Origin: an uncultured Acidobacteriota bacterium
GTDB taxonomy: Bacteria; Acidobacteriota; Thermoanaerobaculia; UBA5066; Gp7-AA6
DNA length: 64,000 nucleotides
Reading direction: 5' to 3'
NCBI GenBank assembly: GCA_963801275.1
Contig: CAWDEF010000001.1
Coordinates: forward strand, 3,794,315-3,858,314
The notes beneath the pieces were generated by a model. It saw only the letters and a program-made list of their open reading frames with translations, had not been told where the DNA came from and did no database searches. Numbering within the stretch: position 1 is the stretch's first letter; the number at the start of each line of letters is the position of its first letter. Of the stretch, positions 24,204 through 35,369 are shown one piece after another. The translations under genes were made by a program, and so were the position numbers.

Positions 24204-25226
24204 TCAGCGCACGACGGGCACGCCCTCGATCGGCGTCAGCCGCCGGTCCTCGGGGTGGAGGCGCTGGTCGCGTGCGACGAGGTCGACGTCCGCCTCGACC
24301 ATCATCTTGACGAGCTCCTGGAAGCTCACCGTCGGCTCCCAGCCGAGCTCGGCGCGGGCGCGGGCCGGGTTGGCGATCAGGCGGTCCACATCGGCCGGCC
24401 GGGACAGGGTGGGGTCGGCCACGACGTAGTCCCGCCAGTCGAGGCCCACCATGTCGAAGGCGAGCTCGACGAACTCGCGAACGCTGTGGGTCGTGCCGGT
24501 CCCGATGACGTAGTCCTTGGGCTCGGACTGCTGGAGCATCAGACGCATCGCCCTCACGTAGTCGCCGGTGAAGCCCCAGTCGCGATGCGCCTCGAGGTTG
24601 CCCAGGTGCAGATCCTTCTGGAGCCCCGCCGCGATGCGGGCCGCGCCGAGCGTGACCTTGCGCGTCACGAACTCGGCGCCCCGGCGGGGCGACTCGTGGT
24701 TGAAGAGGATTCCCGAAACCGCGTACATCCCATACGACTCGCGGAAGTTGACGGTGATCCAGTGCCCGTAGAGCTTCGCGACGCCGTAGGGGCTGCGCGG
24801 CTGGAACTTCGTGTCTTCGTCCTGCGGGAAGGTTTCGACGTTGCCGTACATCTCCGAGGAGGAGGCCTGGTAGAAACGAATCCGGGGGTCGACCATTCGG
24901 ATCGCGTCGAGCAGGCGCGTGACGCCGAGGCCGTTGAACTCGCCGGTGAGCACCGGCTGGGAAAACGAAGCCGGCACGAAGGACTGCGCGGCCAGGTTGT
25001 AGACCTCGTCCGGCTCGACCTCTCGCAGCGCGGTGATGAGCGAGCTCTGGTCGAGCACGTCTCCGTTGACGAGATCGATCCTTTCGAGCAGGTGCGAGAG
25101 GCGCTGGAAGCTGCGGGCGCTCGCCCGCCGCACAAGGCCGTAGACCCGGTATCCCTCCTCGAGCAGGTGCTCGGCCAGATAGGAACCGTCCTGGCCGTTG
25201 ACGCCTGTGATCAGGGCCTTTTTCAT
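24204..25226 (-). CDS. gmd: GDP-mannose 4,6-dehydratase
   Basis: Internal ATG (complement 25224-25226): [34 protein letters not shown]. The SDR catalytic Y-x3-K is present (SPYGVAKLY). The upstream part of track ORF 24204-25433 crosses an AT-rich non-coding island. Confidence 0.9.
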   Translation of the reverse strand: MKKALITGVNGQDGSYLAEHLLEEGYRVYGLVRRASARSFQRLSHLLERIDLVNGDVLDQSSLITALREVEPDEVYNLAAQSFVPASFSQPVLTGEFNGLGVTRLLDAIRMVDPRIRFYQASSSEMYGNVETFPQDEDTKFQPRSPYGVAKLYGHWITVNFRESYGMYAVSGILFNHESPRRGAEFVTRKVTLGAARIAAGLQKDLHLGNLEAHRDWGFTGDYVRAMRLMLQQSEPKDYVIGTGTTHSVREFVELAFDMVGLDWRDYVVADPTLSRPADVDRLIANPARARAELGWEPTVSFQELVKMMVEADVDLVARDQRLHPEDRRLTPIEGVPVVR

Positions 25227-25324
25227 CAGACCGCCGAGTATACGGGAGCGCCGGGAGGCAACGCGCGCAGGGGCAAAGGAAGCTCGACGAAGGGATGGTG
25301 GCATTTCGGCCTCCCGCGCTGATC

Positions 25325-25400
25325 GAGATTCAGATTGGCATGACAAGTTAACTTTACCTTTTATATTCAATAACTTAGGGATCGTATAGAGCGGTTGGTG
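25325..25400. promoter_or_regulatory. AT-rich island; probable divergent promoter region for gmd and groES-groEL
   Basis: A locally AT-rich stretch (gattggcatgacaagttaactttaccttttatattcaataacttagggatcgtataga) in an otherwise GC-rich window. It holds several -35/-10-like hexamers, e.g. TTAACT-N17-TAACTT. The exact promoter cannot be assigned. Confidence 0.35.
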
Positions 25401-25426
25401 AGGCGCCGGCTGTGATTCATTTGCTA

Positions 25427-25453
25427 CTAGCACTCGACATCGATGAGTGCTAA
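25427..25453 (+). promoter_or_regulatory. CIRCE operator (HrcA binding site)
   Basis: CTAGCACTC-GACATCGAT-GAGTGCTAA compared with the consensus TTAGCACTC-N9-GAGTGCTAA. One mismatch in the perfect 9-bp inverted repeat. It lies 75 nt upstream of groES. Confidence 0.85.
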
Positions 25454-25527
25454 CATCCGGTCACGTTCGAGCTCCCTCCCCGGAGGGCGCCGGGCGCAAC
25501 GAAGAACGAAAGCAAGGAGGCAGAGAC

Positions 25528-25818
25528 ATGAAGATTCGTCCCCTATACGACCGGATCCTCGTCAAGAGACTCGAATCCCAGGAGATGAAGAAGGGCGGGA
25601 TCATCATCCCGGACACCGCCAAGGAGAAGCCCATGGAGGCGGAGGTCGTTGCCGTCGGCAAGGGCAAGATCAACGAAGAGGGCAAGCAGCTTCCGCTGGA
25701 CGTCAAGAAGGGCGACCGGATTCTCATCGGCAAGTATGCCGGCACCGAAATCAAGATCGACGACGAAGAGCACCTGATTCTGCGCGAGGACGAAGTCCTC
25801 GCCGTGGTCGAGAAGTAA
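25528..25818 (+). CDS. groES: Co-chaperonin GroES
   Basis: An AAGGAGG site lies 8 nt upstream of the [38 protein letters not shown]... 96 aa. Confidence 0.95.
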   Translation: MKIRPLYDRILVKRLESQEMKKGGIIIPDTAKEKPMEAEVVAVGKGKINEEGKQLPLDVKKGDRILIGKYAGTEIKIDDEEHLILREDEVLAVVEK

Positions 25819-27474
<1,656 letters not shown>

Positions 27475-27497
27475 TTCCTTCGAGAACCGAAATCATG

Positions 27498-27527
27498 GGC
27501 CCCGGCGCGAGCCGGGGCCTTTTTTTG
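27498..27527 (+). terminator. Rho-independent terminator of groESL
   Basis: GGCCCCGGC-gcga-GCCGGGGCC followed by TTTTTTT, 24 nt after the groEL stop. Confidence 0.8.
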
Positions 27528-27592
27528 CCATCACTGGTCCGCTCTCCGTTCGGACACTGAACCGACGACGGGAAACCGAGGACCGACGGCTC

Positions 27593-28453
27593 CTAGAAGA
27601 CCCCCGCGAAGGTCTGGCAGGCCCCCGGGTCTCCCGACGCGAGCCCCCGCTGCAGCCACTCGACCCGCTGCGTCGAGGAACCGTGCGTGAAGGACTCGGG
27701 CTGGACTCGGCCGGACGACATCCGCTGCAGGCGGTCGTCGCCGATCGAGGCCGCCGCCCGCAGTCCTTCCTCGGCGTCACCCGGTTCGAGCAGTCCCTTG
27801 CGGGCACCGTGGTGTCCCCAGACCCCGGCAAGGCAATCGGCCTGCAGCTCCAGGCGGACGGAAAGGTCGTTCGCCTGCGCCTGTCCGACGCGCCCCCGCA
27901 ACGCGCGAACCTTGCCCTCGATGCCCATCAGGTTCTGGACGTGGTGGCCCACCTCGTGCGCGATCACGTACGCCTGCGCGAAGTCTCCGGGCGCGCCGAA
28001 TCGGCGGTCGAGCTCCTCGAAGAACGAGAGATCCAGATACACCTTCCGGTCGAGCGGGCAGTAGAAGGGGCCCTGCGCGGCGGAACCGTACCCGCAGGCG
28101 GTTTCGGTCGCGCCGGTGTAGAGAACCAACCGCGGCAGCTCGTAGGACTCTCCGTTCGCGGCAAGGATCGCCCTCCAGGTCTCCTCGGTGTCGGCCAGAA
28201 CGACCGAAACGAACGTCTTGCCGGGGTCCTCTCCTTTCTCGAAGGGGCGCCCGGTTTCGGCCGGTGGCGCCTGTGTCGACGCCGAAGGAGACGACGAGGC
28301 GATCAGCCGCAGGATCCGGATCGGGTCGTTGCCGGTGAGCCATCCGAGCGCGAGGGCGAACAGGATCGTCCCGCAGCCGATGGTGATACCGCGTCCGCCG
28401 ATCCCCCGGCGGTCTTCGACTTGGTCGCTCTCGGGCCGGCCCGTCCACCTCAT
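27593..28453 (-). CDS. Neutral zinc metallopeptidase (YpfJ family)
   Basis: Internal ATG (complement 28451-28453): MRWTGRPESDQVEDRRG, then a TM segment, then the HEVGHHVQN zinc motif. 286 aa. Confidence 0.8.
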   Translation of the reverse strand: MRWTGRPESDQVEDRRGIGGRGITIGCGTILFALALGWLTGNDPIRILRLIASSSPSASTQAPPAETGRPFEKGEDPGKTFVSVVLADTEETWRAILAANGESYELPRLVLYTGATETACGYGSAAQGPFYCPLDRKVYLDLSFFEELDRRFGAPGDFAQAYVIAHEVGHHVQNLMGIEGKVRALRGRVGQAQANDLSVRLELQADCLAGVWGHHGARKGLLEPGDAEEGLRAAASIGDDRLQRMSSGRVQPESFTHGSSTQRVEWLQRGLASGDPGACQTFAGVF

Positions 28454-28538
28454 GGAGGTCTTATACAGGGATTCGAGACTCCCGTAGCCGGCCCGTGGAG
28501 GGCAAGTGCCGTCCCGAGCAGCCGAGCCCCGGCGGCCC

Positions 28539-30194
28539 TCAGCCCTTGGAGTCGCTCGGGGGCTCCGGCGCGGCCGGCGCCGCGTACCACTGATCCTTCG
28601 GCACAGTCTTGGGCCGCCCGGGATCCATTTCATAGGCCGGCGTCATGATCTGGACGCCGTACTCGTTGAAGAGGTCGAGAATGCTGCGGCGCAGGGCCGT
28701 GGAGACCGCGAGCATCGCTAGCGCGTCGTGACAGTAGGCATTGAGCTCGTAGGTGACCGCGAAGTCGCCCAACTCCTCCTGCAGAACGAAGGGAGGCGGA
28801 TCCTTCTCGACGCCGGGAGTCCGCTCGGCCGCCAGGCGCAGCAGCGCCTCGACCTGTCGCCACGGGGTCTCGTAGCCGATTCCCACTTTCGTGTGAAGAA
28901 TCAGTCCGGGCGAACGGGCGAAGGTGCTGTAGTTGACCACCTCGCTATTGAGGATCGTCGAGTTGGGGACGATCACCTCTTCGTTCTTGGGTGTGCGCAG
29001 ATGGGTCACCTGGAGCCGGATCTGCAGGACGTCGCCGACGACGCTGCCGATGCGGACCCGGTCGCCGACCCGAAACGCCCGCCGGTAAGTCATGGTGTAG
29101 CCGGCGATCACGTTGGAGATGGCCGAGGAGGATCCGAGAGAGAAGACGATGCCCAGAAAGATGGAGACTCCTTTGAAGGCCTCGGAGCTCGAGCCCGGGA
29201 TGTACGGGTAGGCCACGACGGCCGCAAACGCGATCACCGCCAGACGCACGAGCTTGAAGGTCGGCTCGGCCCACTCGGGGTCGAACTTCTCGAAGACGAC
29301 CTCCTTGCGCCCGACGGCCTCGAAGAAGAGGCGGAGCGCCTTCAGCAGGATCCGGACGACGAGGAACAGAATCGCGAGAAAGATGAGGTCCGGAATCTTG
29401 GCGAGCACTGCGTCCGTCATCTCCTGCAGCGGAGCCACGATCCAGCCTCCAAGCCGCCGGGCGACGTGCCTCGTCCAGGGGAAGAGTCCCAGCACGATCT
29501 GCAAGTAGGCGAGGACGAGCACGGCGATGCCCACGGCCGTGAGCGCCCGCGGGATGGATCTCAGCCCGCGCTGGATCCGCTCGGCGCGTACGAGCTCGAA
29601 GGATTGGATCCGGACGGCTTCGATCCGTTCTTGAAGGCGTCGCTCCAGCGCGCTCCGCAGTCGGCGCATGAGAAAGAAGAAGAACGCCGCAATCGCGGCC
29701 GTGGCCGCCGTGCACGCAAGCGCCAGGAGGCCCGCCTTCAGGAGGCGTTTCGGGCTCCTGGCGGCGCGGAATTCCTCGATGGCCTGTTGGATCCTTCGGA
29801 CACAGGCCTCCGCGAACTCGTCCCGGGTCAGACCTTCCAGGCGGGCATCGGTCTCCGTCGCCGTCATGACGTTGACCTGGCCCCCGAGGATTTGCGTACC
29901 GATGTCGATGTCCACCCGGTGGAGCGCCTCGGGCGAGAACGCCGGGTCTTTCGCAAGGGCGCGAATCCGCGCGGCAATGGCATCGGCGCGCGCCTCGGCC
30001 GGGAACGCGGTCGTCCCGTACACGGGGAAGAGGACGACTCCGTCGATCTCGACGGGCGCCCGCGGCAGCTCCTCTTCGAGGGACTCCGATTGCTGCGCGG
30101 TCCGCGCAGGCGCCACCTGGGCGCTCGCCTGGACGGGCCCCCATGCGAGCGACAGGAGACCGATCGTTCCAGCGAACCGAGTCCACCTTCTCAT
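28539..30194 (-). CDS. Mechanosensitive ion channel (MscS family) with an N-terminal periplasmic domain
   Basis: 551 aa. Signal peptide, TM helices and the MscS core ...SNVIAGYTMTYRRAFRVGDRVRIGSVVGDVLQIRLQVTHLRTPKNEEVIVPNS... Confidence 0.85.
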   Translation of the reverse strand: MRRWTRFAGTIGLLSLAWGPVQASAQVAPARTAQQSESLEEELPRAPVEIDGVVLFPVYGTTAFPAEARADAIAARIRALAKDPAFSPEALHRVDIDIGTQILGGQVNVMTATETDARLEGLTRDEFAEACVRRIQQAIEEFRAARSPKRLLKAGLLALACTAATAAIAAFFFFLMRRLRSALERRLQERIEAVRIQSFELVRAERIQRGLRSIPRALTAVGIAVLVLAYLQIVLGLFPWTRHVARRLGGWIVAPLQEMTDAVLAKIPDLIFLAILFLVVRILLKALRLFFEAVGRKEVVFEKFDPEWAEPTFKLVRLAVIAFAAVVAYPYIPGSSSEAFKGVSIFLGIVFSLGSSSAISNVIAGYTMTYRRAFRVGDRVRIGSVVGDVLQIRLQVTHLRTPKNEEVIVPNSTILNSEVVNYSTFARSPGLILHTKVGIGYETPWRQVEALLRLAAERTPGVEKDPPPFVLQEELGDFAVTYELNAYCHDALAMLAVSTALRRSILDLFNEYGVQIMTPAYEMDPGRPKTVPKDQWYAAPAAPEPPSDSKG

Positions 30195-30362
30195 TTCTGT
30201 TTCTCCGGGTCGGTCATTTCAGCATATCCGGTTCGGCAGGGGAGAGACGGAGGTGGAGCGGGGACCTGGCGAACTCGGCCGGGCGCCCCGGGCCTCCCGC
30301 TCGGCTCGCGCGTCTCGATCCCTCCCTACGGCCTTTTTTGCCATACTCGCCGGCGCGACCCG

Positions 30363-31547
30363 ATGAAGCCCATTCTCTATGCGCTCCTGCCGCGCCCTCC
30401 GCACGCGACGCGCGACGGGGGCGCGATCCGGATGCGCCACCTTCTCGGGGCGCTTGCCGAAGCGTTCCGGGTCCGCGCCTTCGTGCTGACAACCAGCGGC
30501 GCGCCGGAGGGCGACTATCCGGACGGAGCCGAGGTGATCGAGGTTCCTCATCCCGGTGGAGCCCGGCACCGCTGCGTGGCGGCTCTGGGCAGTCTTCTGG
30601 GCGGCGGCGCCTACTCCGACCGGCTCTATCGCTCGCGAAGACTGGACGATCGCCTCGCCCGAGCCGTCGCCGCGGAGCGGCCCGCGTGGGTCGTGGCGCA
30701 CTTCTATCACCTCGGCCCGAGCGCGCTGCGTTCGGGCGCTCCGGCCTGGATCGACTTCCAGAACATCGACTCCGAAATCTGGGCTCGGGTGGGGCGGACC
30801 GCCTCTTCCCCGCTCCCGCGGCTCTTCGCGCGCGGGCAGGCGCCGCGGGTCGCGGCTCTGGAGCGGCGCCTCGCCCGGGCGGCTGCCGGCGTCTCCTGCG
30901 TCTCGGCCCGCGACGCGCGCCATCTCGAAACGCTCCATCCGGCCGCACCGCCACTCTTGGTTCCCAACGGCGTCGATCTCGAGCGGTACCGCTATCGAGA
31001 GCTCCCGGCCTCGGGCGGCATCGTCTTCTTCGTGGGTGACCTGTCCTGGCCACCCAACGCCGAAGGGCTGCGATGGTTCCGCTCCCGAGTGTGGCCTCTC
31101 GTCCGCCAGGCGATGCCCGAAGCAACGGCGGAAGTGTTGGGGCGCGGGGCGCCGGATGATCTCGCCCGCGGCGTCGGGGAGGGCTTTCACCTTCTGGGGG
31201 AGGGCGACGACACGCGTCCCCACTGGCAGCGGGCGGCCGTTTCGATCGTGCCCTTGCTCGCGGGTGGCGGCACGCGCCTCAAGATTTTGGAAGCGGCGGC
31301 CTGCGGCGTTCCCGTGGTTTCGACGCCCGTGGGCGCCGAGGGACTAGATCTTGCTCCCGGCGCCGAGATCGCGATCGCCGCGGAGCCCGCGCTCTTCGCG
31401 GACGAGGTGTGCCGGCTGCTCGCCGATCCGGCCGAGCGCCGCCGGCAGGCAGCGGCGGCCCGGCGGAAGGTCGAATCCCTCCACGACTGGTTGCCGATCG
31501 GAAAGGGCTTTGCGGAGGAGCTTCTGCGGCGGAGCCGGGAGAGATGA
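30363..31547 (+). CDS. Glycosyltransferase family 4 (GT-B)
   Basis: This is the 3' 394 codons of track ORF 28728-31547, starting at ATG 30363. The C-terminal GT1/GT4 signature is present: VSIVPLLAGGGTRLKILEAAACGVPVVSTPVGAEGL. Confidence 0.8.
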   Translation: MKPILYALLPRPPHATRDGGAIRMRHLLGALAEAFRVRAFVLTTSGAPEGDYPDGAEVIEVPHPGGARHRCVAALGSLLGGGAYSDRLYRSRRLDDRLARAVAAERPAWVVAHFYHLGPSALRSGAPAWIDFQNIDSEIWARVGRTASSPLPRLFARGQAPRVAALERRLARAAAGVSCVSARDARHLETLHPAAPPLLVPNGVDLERYRYRELPASGGIVFFVGDLSWPPNAEGLRWFRSRVWPLVRQAMPEATAEVLGRGAPDDLARGVGEGFHLLGEGDDTRPHWQRAAVSIVPLLAGGGTRLKILEAAACGVPVVSTPVGAEGLDLAPGAEIAIAAEPALFADEVCRLLADPAERRRQAAAARRKVESLHDWLPIGKGFAEELLRRSRER

Positions 31548-32662
31548 CGGCCCTGGCCGCCGGTCTTCTCCTGCTGTCGGCCTGGCTCGCGGTCTGGTCC
31601 TACCTGCTCTACCCGCCTTGGATTCGCCGGCTGGCGGGTCGCCGCTCCTCGGTGGCCCCGCCGCCGCGGGCGGCGCCCCCTTCCGTCGAGGTCCTGGTTT
31701 CCGCGGCGGACGAGGAAGGCGCGATCGGAGAACGCGTGCGGGACCTGCTCGCGCAGGATTACCCCGGGGCGTACTCCATCTCGATCGGCTGCGACGGCTG
31801 CACCGACCGTACCGCCGAGAGAGCGCTCGCCGCCGCGGGCGGGGACGCGCGCGTTCGGGTCGTGGAGTTTGCAAGGCGGCGCGGCAAGGCCTCCGTGCTG
31901 AACGACCTGGTCGCGGCCTCGCGGGCCGATGTGCTCGTCTTCACGGACGCGAACACGCATTTCGATCCAGGAGTGGTCGCAGCCCTCGCCGCCGCCTTTT
32001 CCGATCCCGCCGTGGGTGCCGCCTGCGGGCGGCTGGTGCTCGAAGAGCTGGATGGCATGAGGGGAGTCGAGCGGGAATACTGGGAGCTCGAGACGCGCCT
32101 GAAGGCGGCCGAGGGGAGACTGGGAGTCTGCCTGGGCGCCAACGGCGCCGTCTATGCGGCCCGCAGGGCCTCCGTCGAGCCGCTCCCGGCCGACACGGCC
32201 ATGGACGACTTCCTGATCCCGGCGCGGATCGCCGGTCGCGGCGAGGCGGTCGTCTTCACCCAGGACGCCGTGGCGCGCGAACGGCTCCCGCCGGGTCTGC
32301 GGCTGGAGATGGCGCGGCGGTTTCGCATCGGTGTGGGCGCCGGGCAGATTCTGAGCCGGGAGAGATGGCTCTGGAGCCTGCGTCGCCCGATGCTCGCCTT
32401 CGTCTTCTTCTCCCGCAAGGCCGCGCGCTGGCTCTCGCCTGTGGCGATGCTGCTCGCCGTGGCAGCGGCGCTCGCGAATCCGGCGCTCTGGCCCTGGAGC
32501 GCAATGGGCGTGGCGGCCGCCCTGCTCGTCTTCTTCACGAGGGCCCGGCGTCTCAGGCTCTATTATTTTGCCGTGATGAACGTGGCGCTGGCCGTCGGAG
32601 TGGTCGCCGGACTCTTCGGATTCCGACGCCCCGTCTGGAAACCGCATCGGATCCCGGACTAG
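31544..32662 (+). CDS. Glycosyltransferase family 2, membrane-embedded (synthase-like)
   Basis: The ATG overlaps the GT4 stop (ATGA). N-terminal TM, a GT-A core (VEVLVSAADEEG...FTDANTHFD) and an R-F-R-I-G (QxxRW-like position) region, followed by C-terminal TM helices. Confidence 0.75.
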   Translation: MTALAAGLLLLSAWLAVWSYLLYPPWIRRLAGRRSSVAPPPRAAPPSVEVLVSAADEEGAIGERVRDLLAQDYPGAYSISIGCDGCTDRTAERALAAAGGDARVRVVEFARRRGKASVLNDLVAASRADVLVFTDANTHFDPGVVAALAAAFSDPAVGAACGRLVLEELDGMRGVEREYWELETRLKAAEGRLGVCLGANGAVYAARRASVEPLPADTAMDDFLIPARIAGRGEAVVFTQDAVARERLPPGLRLEMARRFRIGVGAGQILSRERWLWSLRRPMLAFVFFSRKAARWLSPVAMLLAVAAALANPALWPWSAMGVAAALLVFFTRARRLRLYYFAVMNVALAVGVVAGLFGFRRPVWKPHRIPD

Positions 32663-32665
32663 AAC

Positions 32666-34036
32666 TTGGCCTCCCGCGCTCCGTCTCTCTTCCGTCCTGC
32701 CGCCGTTCTGGGAGATGCCACCGTGGGCGCCCTGGCCCTGTATCTGGCCTTTACGCTTCGTGCCAGGGTCGCGATCCCCGGCACCGAAACCCTCCTGCCG
32801 CCGGAGAAGATCCGCTTCACGCTGGTGAACCTCGGCTTCATCGTCGGCGCGCAGCTGCTGGCGATGTCCCTCTTCGGGCTCTACGGGGCCCGGGAGCGCT
32901 TTCGCGAGCCGCTCGCGCGGCTGCTGATCCCCGCGGTGGCCTTCGAGCTGCTCCTGCTGTCGTCCGTCTACTTCCTGGCCTTCGCCCAGCCCTATGCCTT
33001 TCCCCGCTCGGTGCTCGTCGTTTACGTCCTGCTTGACGCGCTGCTGCTCGCCGTCTGGCGGGCGGCGCTCGATCGGCTCATTCCGCAGCCGCGGCGGCGC
33101 GCCGCGGTGGTCGGAAGCGGCCCGGCGGTGTACCTGATCGCCGACGCCATCCGCAGGCACCCCTGGACGGGGGTCGAGGTCGTCGGAGCGATCGGCGAGG
33201 ACGGCGGGCGTCGAGGGCTGCCGCACCTGGGCCCGGTCGAGCAGATCGCCGCCATCGCCGCGCGCGAGAGGATCGACGACCTCATCCTGACGCCGGAGGG
33301 GCCGACATGGCGCGACCGGCTCGCGCACAATCTTCCGGCGGGTTTCCGGACCGAGCTGCTCGTCTGGCCGTCGCCGTTCGAGACCATGATCGGCCGGCTG
33401 CGCTTTCGGATCGTAGGCGACCTGCCGCTGCTCGAGGCCAGGGCGGGGCCGCTCGAAGGCCTCGCCGCGGCGATCAAGCGCGTCTTCGACGTCGCCGCCG
33501 CGCTCGGCCTGCTCCTGCTGCTCGGGCCCGTGCTCGCGGTCGCGGCGGTCTTCGTCGTCTCGACGTCCCGGGGCGGCATCTTCTACACGCAGAACCGCGT
33601 CGGAAAGGGCGGCGCGGTGTTCTCTCTCTGGAAGCTGCGCACGATGCGTCCCGGTGCGGAGATCGAAACGGGCGCGGTGCTCGCGATCCTCGACGATCCA
33701 CGGATGACGGCGGTGGGACGGTTGTTGCGCGCCGCGCGGGTCGACGAGATCCCGCAGCTCTGGAACGTGCTGCGGGGGGACATGAGCCTGGTCGGCCCGC
33801 GTCCCGAGCGGCCCGAGTTTACCGCGCGGTTTTCCGAGACCGTGGCCGGATGGGAACTGCGCCATGCCGTTCGTCCCGGGCTGACCGGGCTCGCGCAGAT
33901 TTCGGGGGACTACGCCTCGGAGCCCGAGATCAAGCTGCGCTACGATCTCGCCTATCTGAACAACTGGTCTCTCGGGCTCGACCTCGCGATTCTGCTGCGC
34001 ACGCTTCCCGTGATCCTGACCCGGCGGGGGATCTGA
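32666..34036 (+). CDS. Polyprenyl-phosphate glycosyl-1-phosphate transferase (bacterial sugar transferase, WbaP/EpsB-like)
   Basis: 456 aa. N-terminal TM block, then IFYTQNRVGKGGAVFSLWKLRTM...DPRMTAVGRLLRAARVDEIPQLWNVLRGDMSLVGPRPERPEF. The TTG start is uncertain. Confidence 0.85.
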   Translation: MASRAPSLFRPAAVLGDATVGALALYLAFTLRARVAIPGTETLLPPEKIRFTLVNLGFIVGAQLLAMSLFGLYGARERFREPLARLLIPAVAFELLLLSSVYFLAFAQPYAFPRSVLVVYVLLDALLLAVWRAALDRLIPQPRRRAAVVGSGPAVYLIADAIRRHPWTGVEVVGAIGEDGGRRGLPHLGPVEQIAAIAARERIDDLILTPEGPTWRDRLAHNLPAGFRTELLVWPSPFETMIGRLRFRIVGDLPLLEARAGPLEGLAAAIKRVFDVAAALGLLLLLGPVLAVAAVFVVSTSRGGIFYTQNRVGKGGAVFSLWKLRTMRPGAEIETGAVLAILDDPRMTAVGRLLRAARVDEIPQLWNVLRGDMSLVGPRPERPEFTARFSETVAGWELRHAVRPGLTGLAQISGDYASEPEIKLRYDLAYLNNWSLGLDLAILLRTLPVILTRRGI

Positions 34037-34037
34037 A

Positions 34038-34856
34038 GTGGAGGAGAGCCCCGTGCCCACCGATGCGGCGCGGCCGCTGCGCAGCCGCAGGATCGCCGTC
34101 GTCATGCCCGCGTACAACGCGGAGCGCACGCTCGAGCGAACCCATGCGGACATCCCGGCAGGCGCGGTCGACGACGTCATCCTGGTGGACGACTGCTCGC
34201 GCGACCGAACGGTGGAGGTCGCGCGCCGTCTGGGTCTCCACGTAGTGACCCATTCCCGAAATCAGGGCTACGGCGGCAACCAGAAGACCTGCTACACGAC
34301 GGCGCTCGCGCGGGGCGCCGACATCGTCGTCATGGTCCATCCCGACCACCAGTACGACCCCCGGGTCATTCCGGACCTGATCGCGCCCCTGCTCGAAGGC
34401 AAATGCGACGCGGTGTTCGGGAGCCGCATGCTCGGCGGCCGCCCGATCCAGGGAGGAATGCCCAAGTGGAAGTACCTGGGCAACATCTTCCTGACCGCGG
34501 TCGAAAACGCGACGTTCCTGATCTACCTGACGGAATACCACAGCGGATTTCGAGCGTACTCACGCCGCTACCTCGAGGCGGTCAACCTGGAGGCCAACTC
34601 CGATGGCTTCGTCTTCGACACCGAGATCATCGCGCAGGGGATGGCCAGGGGGTTGCGGATCCGAGAGATTCCCATCGAAACGCGTTACTTCGACGAGGCT
34701 TCCCAGATCGCCTTCGCCCCATCGGTGCGCTACGGCATGGCGATCTTGAAGACAATGCTGCTCTACAAGCTTCACGTCTGGGGGATCTGGTCCGCGAAGA
34801 TCTTTCGGGGCGCCGCACGTCCCTCCGACCCGAGCCGCCCGGCCTCAGTCGGGTAG
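34038..34856 (+). CDS. Glycosyltransferase family 2, Dpm1/GtrB-like polyprenyl-phosphate sugar synthase
   Basis: GTG start 2 nt after the preceding stop. VVMPAYNAERTLE, VDDCSRDRT and GSR motifs are present, with a C-terminal hydrophobic helix. Confidence 0.75.
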   Translation: MEESPVPTDAARPLRSRRIAVVMPAYNAERTLERTHADIPAGAVDDVILVDDCSRDRTVEVARRLGLHVVTHSRNQGYGGNQKTCYTTALARGADIVVMVHPDHQYDPRVIPDLIAPLLEGKCDAVFGSRMLGGRPIQGGMPKWKYLGNIFLTAVENATFLIYLTEYHSGFRAYSRRYLEAVNLEANSDGFVFDTEIIAQGMARGLRIREIPIETRYFDEASQIAFAPSVRYGMAILKTMLLYKLHVWGIWSAKIFRGAARPSDPSRPASVG

Positions 34857-35369
34857 CGGCGGCGGCGCGGCGAGCAGCCCCGCCACGAGCTCGTTTTCGA
34901 GCCGCGCCACGTCCTCGAGCAGCCGCTTGGCGACCGGCTCGGGCAGCGAGCCGGACAGCGCCGGGCTGATCCAGAGCGCCCGCAGCAGCGCCGCCTGCGC
35001 CTCAGGCCGTTCTCCCGCGACCGCATGCGAGCGCCCGAGGTTCAGATCGATCTCGGCGCGTTCGCCTGTCGCGAGCGCGTCCCGGTAGAAGTCGAGCGCT
35101 TCGAGCGCGCGGCCGGCCACCAGGCGCGCGGAGCCCGCCAGGACGCGCGGGCGAGGATCCTCGGGAAGCCCCGAGGCCGCGGCCAGCGCGTGCGCCGCGG
35201 CCCGGTCGAGCGCCGGCTGTGCTTGCGCGGTCGTCCGGCTGGTCGTCAGGGCGCGGCGCAGCTCCTCCGTGCCGCGGCGCAACTCCCGCTCCGCGCGGTA
35301 GCGACCCAGCTCCGTCCAGAGAAGGGCCGCGAGCACCGCGACCGACCCGAGCCACGCGAGCGCCCTCAC
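34845..35369 (-). CDS. TPR-like helical protein with an N-terminal membrane anchor
   Basis: This is the last 174 codons of track ORF 34845-36755. The GTG start overlaps the stop of the Wzy_C-like gene (GTGA). TM segment LAWLGSVAVLAALLW, then Ala/Leu/Arg-rich helical repeats. Confidence 0.45.
   Translation of the reverse strand: MRALAWLGSVAVLAALLWTELGRYRAERELRRGTEELRRALTTSRTTAQAQPALDRAAAHALAAASGLPEDPRPRVLAGSARLVAGRALEALDFYRDALATGERAEIDLNLGRSHAVAGERPEAQAALLRALWISPALSGSLPEPVAKRLLEDVARLENELVAGLLAAPPPLPD

Noticed and set aside
30330-30344. GGCCTTTTTTGCCAT, resembling the tail of the groEL terminator (GGCCTTTTTTTGCCAT at about 27516-27531). It sits 20 nt upstream of the GT4 start and could be a terminator, attenuator or shared repeat.
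   Set aside because: I could not find a convincing GC-rich stem immediately upstream of the T-run. There is only a 5-bp CCGGG/CCCGG hairpin about 40 nt away. The similarity is short and could be chance. It is worth a genome-wide BLASTN, but it is not supportable as a feature.
28728-31547. A 939-aa plus-strand ORF
   Set aside because: Its first roughly 545 codons are antisense to the MscS gene and cross the non-coding gap. Only the segment from the ATG at 30363 (GT4) is credible.
31187-34180. A 997-aa minus-strand ORF across the glycosyltransferase locus. Similar cases are 18201-20612, 15731-17785, 20805-22628, 3261-4880 and 13371-14960.
   Set aside because: The reasoning is the same. Each is antisense or out of frame to a gene with clear signatures, and each has a low-complexity R/G/P/A composition.
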